Positions 61,901 through 64,000 of a stretch of 64,000 nt of DNA are shown piece after piece. A program made the translations under genes and the position numbers. Below the pieces are notes generated by a model. The model was not told the origin of the DNA, did no database searches, and saw only the letters and a program-made list of their open reading frames with translations. The first letter of the stretch is position 1. Each line of letters starts with the position of its first letter. The stretch is from an uncultured Anaerolineales bacterium. Lineage in GTDB: Bacteria > Chloroflexota > Anaerolineae > Anaerolineales > UBA11858. Location: the NCBI GenBank assembly GCA_964532455.1, contig CAZHHT010000002.1:183-64182 (forward strand). Reading direction: 5' to 3'.

Positions 61901-62550
61901 CGCTGGCAATCGTTGGACCCAGCGGTAGTGGCAAATCAACTATGACCAATCTACTGCTGCGTTTCTGGGGGGATTATCAAGGAAAATTATTACTTGGGGA
62001 GGAAAAGATATCGTTATCCTCGTTGACTCAGGAGGCTATTCGCCAGCAAATCAGCGTGGTATCCCAAAATGGTTATCTCTTCCACGATACAATCCAGGCT
62101 AACATCGCCCTGGGCAATCCAGGTGCCGGAAATGAAGAAATCATCACTGCTGCCAGGAAAGCCAGAATTCATAAAATGATTTACTCCCTCCCGGATGGCT
62201 ATCAGACAACCATCGGTGAACGCGGTCAGCGGTTAAGTGCCGGAGAGCGCCAGCGAATCCTGATTGCCCGGGCAGTCCTTAAGGATGGGCCGGTCTTTTT
62301 ACTGGACGAACCTACCGCCAACCTGGATCCACTGACCGAGCAGGAAGTGTTGAACACTTTATTTGAGATCCTGAAAAATAAAACTGCTCTGCTGGTGACA
62401 CACCGGCTGGTCGGCTTGTCCAGGGTGGACCAGATCCTGGTCCTGAGCCAGGGACGGATAGTGGAGAGAGGAACCGAATCAAAACTGCTTTCGAAAGATA
62501 GCTTATACAGGGTGATGAGGTCTTATCAAAACCGCATCCTCCAGTACTGA
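58936..62550 (+). CDS. cydDC: Fused thiol-reductant ABC exporter CydD-CydC in a single 1204-aa polypeptide
   Basis: It contains two TMD-NBD halves. Their Walker A motifs are GESGAGKST and GPSGSGKST, and their signatures are LSGGQAQR and LSAGERQR. The second TMD begins with a CydC-like SAWLISTAAL...VRFFGILRGISRYFERLVSH. Confidence 0.8.
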   Translation: MFPNSRLLHLAQKSRLWLALTISLGFFSGLLTIGQARFISQIVSRVFLDQEGLTEVWGLMQLTLVFFTLRAFLSWLSSVSATIIAVQVKGRVRTLLLNHLEKLGPAFTQKEQGGEISATTVEGVEALDAYFSQYLPQLVLSALVPLTILMFVFPLDLLSGLVLLVTAPLIPFFMYLIGKSAQTVTDRQFSTLSKLAAKFLDSLHGLTTLKLFNLAQSQTEKIKETSDQYRKTTMKVLRVTFLSALALELLATLSTAIVAVEIGLRLLYFRVTLEQALFMLMIAPEFYIPLRQLGLRFHAGMEGQSSAVRIFEILDTEPIHDKLSLTSSDNKLSPPLKKLTLDKVSFSYPGENQAALNNLSLTINQGDQIALVGESGAGKSTLANLILGFFPPTRGEIRINGELLIKDNLAVWRDQIAWVPQEPALFQDTIAANIRLARPDADLGAVASAASAAHLAEFVDSLPEGYETLIGEGGARLSGGQAQRLALARAFLKDAPILIMDEPTSQLDPVTESRLADSTRNLMAGRTVITIAHRLNTIYKADRILVLHEGSIVEEGTHSDLIKKGGIYTDLVRAYTGESVTHFPPEGTWNKLISPLNHRYPVSQSPSLQVSPSHSLPVSHQPTPLQPIWQRLVGFLAKHWGQVLLSALLGVLTIGSSIGLMGTSAWLISTAALHPSIATLQVAIVGVRFFGILRGISRYFERLVSHSVTFKVLTDLRVWFYKSLVPLAPARLLNFRSGDLLDRIISDIKSLEDFYVRSAAPPLVALLIGLSISLFLDRYHPLFGILLGGFFFLSGLILPLLVRILTRETGEKLVSERSLLTEGLVNFIQGLPDLIVYGQSKGKQNQLEEINQCYNTAQLRLARISGLNKGLLILLSNLAMWLALITAIPLIQDGEIPGVMLAALALLTLTSFEAVQPLPHAMETLSSSLKAGSRLFEVLDAEPVVVDPVHPVSFPSRFSLTVENLRFLYPGSQQPALDGISFRLREGETLAIVGPSGSGKSTMTNLLLRFWGDYQGKLLLGEEKISLSSLTQEAIRQQISVVSQNGYLFHDTIQANIALGNPGAGNEEIITAARKARIHKMIYSLPDGYQTTIGERGQRLSAGERQRILIARAVLKDGPVFLLDEPTANLDPLTEQEVLNTLFEILKNKTALLVTHRLVGLSRVDQILVLSQGRIVERGTESKLLSKDSLYRVMRSYQNRILQY

Positions 62551-62732
62551 AAAATCGTGTTGTTGGGCACAATTAACCAAAATCTACTTACTTACTCAAT
62601 AAATCCGATTTGATTAAGTTGGAGGATAATATTACAAGGAATTTATTTGACCGTATTCCCAAAATTAAAAATCGGCAAGTGACTGGTCGTGAGAAACGAT
62701 AATCAATAAACGGGCTTCAAACTTAAACATAA

Positions 62733-63461
62733 ATGAGTAACCCTATGATAGGAAATACTGAGCTCCTGGCAATCCTGGCGATCCTGCTATTTGTTATTTT
62801 CCTGCTCTTTGCAATTCTTGCCTCTAGAAAGAGCCAGGAAGAAAAAATTAGTCAGACGCAAGCCCTGGGCTTTGAACCGCTGGTAGAGCCACCTCCGGAA
62901 CTAATGACACACCTGGAAGAACTTTATCATAACGAGGGTAACCAAACTCTGAAACTCCGCAACCTTTACCAGCGGAGAGAATTCGACCGGGATTTGTACT
63001 TGTTTGATTTGGTGAATACCCACAATGAGAACACTTCAATGGGAACAGGGGTATTTGGGGTAATCTCCCGTCAGCTGGCGCTGCCCCGGTTTTCCCTCGC
63101 CTCGCTTCCTCCCCTTGACACCCAAAGGATACTGGGAAACTTGATGGATAAAATATTAGACAAGTTTTTCGATTGGGCGGGAAAACATCAGGGGCTCATC
63201 CGGGTGGAATTCCCTGATCAACCCGATTTTGATGAGAAATTTGTGGTTTTCGACCGTGATGAATACGCCCTCAGGGATTTATTTTCAGGAACCAATGCCA
63301 GAGCCCTGCCCGGGAGTAAGCTTCCCTTTCAACTTGCGGGGGCGGACGACTTCCTGACTATCGACTACAGCTATACCAGCTCACACGATAACCAGGATTC
63401 GGATTTACGTACACAGTACCAGCAATTTCTGGACCTGGTGCGGACCTTTGAGGAGAGATAA
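62733..63461 (+). CDS. Hypothetical N-terminally membrane-anchored protein
   Basis: 242-aa ORF with one TM helix and no recognised motif. Confidence 0.4.
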   Translation: MSNPMIGNTELLAILAILLFVIFLLFAILASRKSQEEKISQTQALGFEPLVEPPPELMTHLEELYHNEGNQTLKLRNLYQRREFDRDLYLFDLVNTHNENTSMGTGVFGVISRQLALPRFSLASLPPLDTQRILGNLMDKILDKFFDWAGKHQGLIRVEFPDQPDFDEKFVVFDRDEYALRDLFSGTNARALPGSKLPFQLAGADDFLTIDYSYTSSHDNQDSDLRTQYQQFLDLVRTFEER

Positions 63462-63886
63462 TGAATAAACACAACACAGTTTTCTGGCTGCGAGTTTCTT
63501 TTTGGATCGGCGCAGTGATTGATTTAATCGCTGCCATCTCCCTGCTTTTCCCAAAATTAACAAATTTTTTTCTGGGTTTCAAACCCATACCGGATCCAGC
63601 CTATAGATTTGCAATAGGCATGACTGCAGCCCTGATGTTGGGTTGGACAACCCTGCTGCTTTGGGCAGACCAGGATCCCCTGGCGCGGAAAGGTGTGCTG
63701 CTGATCACGGTCTTTCCAGTGGTATTAGGCATTGTCGGCACGGAGATCCATGCAGCTGCCAGCGGATTTATACCCCTGGGCAAGATGGTCCCCACCTGGG
63801 CCCTGCAAATCCTGTTGATTTCCCTATTATCTGCCAGCTATCTCAACGCGGTTCGCTACGAGCAGAAAGTTCTCCATTCTGAGTAA
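63461..63886 (+). CDS. Hypothetical 4-TM membrane protein
   Basis: 141-aa ORF whose ATG overlaps the upstream stop (ATGA). It has four hydrophobic helices. Confidence 0.4.
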   Translation: MNKHNTVFWLRVSFWIGAVIDLIAAISLLFPKLTNFFLGFKPIPDPAYRFAIGMTAALMLGWTTLLLWADQDPLARKGVLLITVFPVVLGIVGTEIHAAASGFIPLGKMVPTWALQILLISLLSASYLNAVRYEQKVLHSE

Positions 63887-64000
63887 ATTTATTTCTATTA
63901 AATCGGTCTGGAAAGAAGAGGGCAAGACGTAAAAAAAAATTGACCTCACCATTAATTTTTCCCCTAAACAAACATGTTGAATCCCTTAGGCTGGAATGAA

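Noticed and set aside
1-64000. tRNA or rRNA genes
   Set aside because: No T-loop (GGTTCGAATCC-like) context or rRNA-like conserved blocks were seen in any intergenic region. tRNAscan or Infernal could confirm this.

Overview
This 64 kb chromosomal segment is mostly housekeeping and transport genes. The protein styles (Thr/Pro-rich linkers, many secreted lipoproteins, an RdhA-like gene) suggest a Chloroflexota/Anaerolineae-type organism, but that is a low-confidence inference. Recognisable genes are cysK, kbl, rsmI, murI, rplS, lysS, greA, adk, cydAB, a fused cydDC, an AapJQMP-type amino-acid ABC transporter, comEC, an MscS channel, an M50 protease and an M29 aminopeptidase. I found no rRNA, tRNA or CRISPR array. 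Six things stand out. (1) Three adjacent secreted-protein genes at 4.2-9.1 kb are all disrupted: one in-frame TGA, one in-frame TAG and several frameshifts. In both in-frame-stop cases protein-repeat homology continues straight through the stop. (2) An AT-richer island at about 34.4-44.9 kb encodes a polyprenyl-phosphate GT2, a GT4, a PAPS-type sulfotransferase, an MprF-flippase-like membrane protein and two large GT-C-like membrane proteins, and is split by a decayed IS256-family element. It is a candidate extracytoplasmic glycosylation and sulfation system. (3) An RdhA-like corrinoid/Fe-S protein has no TAT signal and carries a fused 3-TM N-terminal anchor. It lies directly upstream of cydAB. 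(4) A 0.9 kb non-coding block of nested palindromic/MITE-like repeats separates cydAB from adk and the fused cydDC. One repeat type recurs at about 4.1 kb with a 19-nt identical core. (5) A cold-shock-domain protein carries a roughly 60-aa poly-Asp/Ser tail encoded by an exact 27-nt direct repeat. (6) Several conserved enzymes look degenerate: a TyrA-like protein lacks the catalytic residues and the ComEC MBL domain lacks its His ligands. All coordinates come from reading the given sequence and ORF track. Family assignments rest on recognised motifs, not on database searches.
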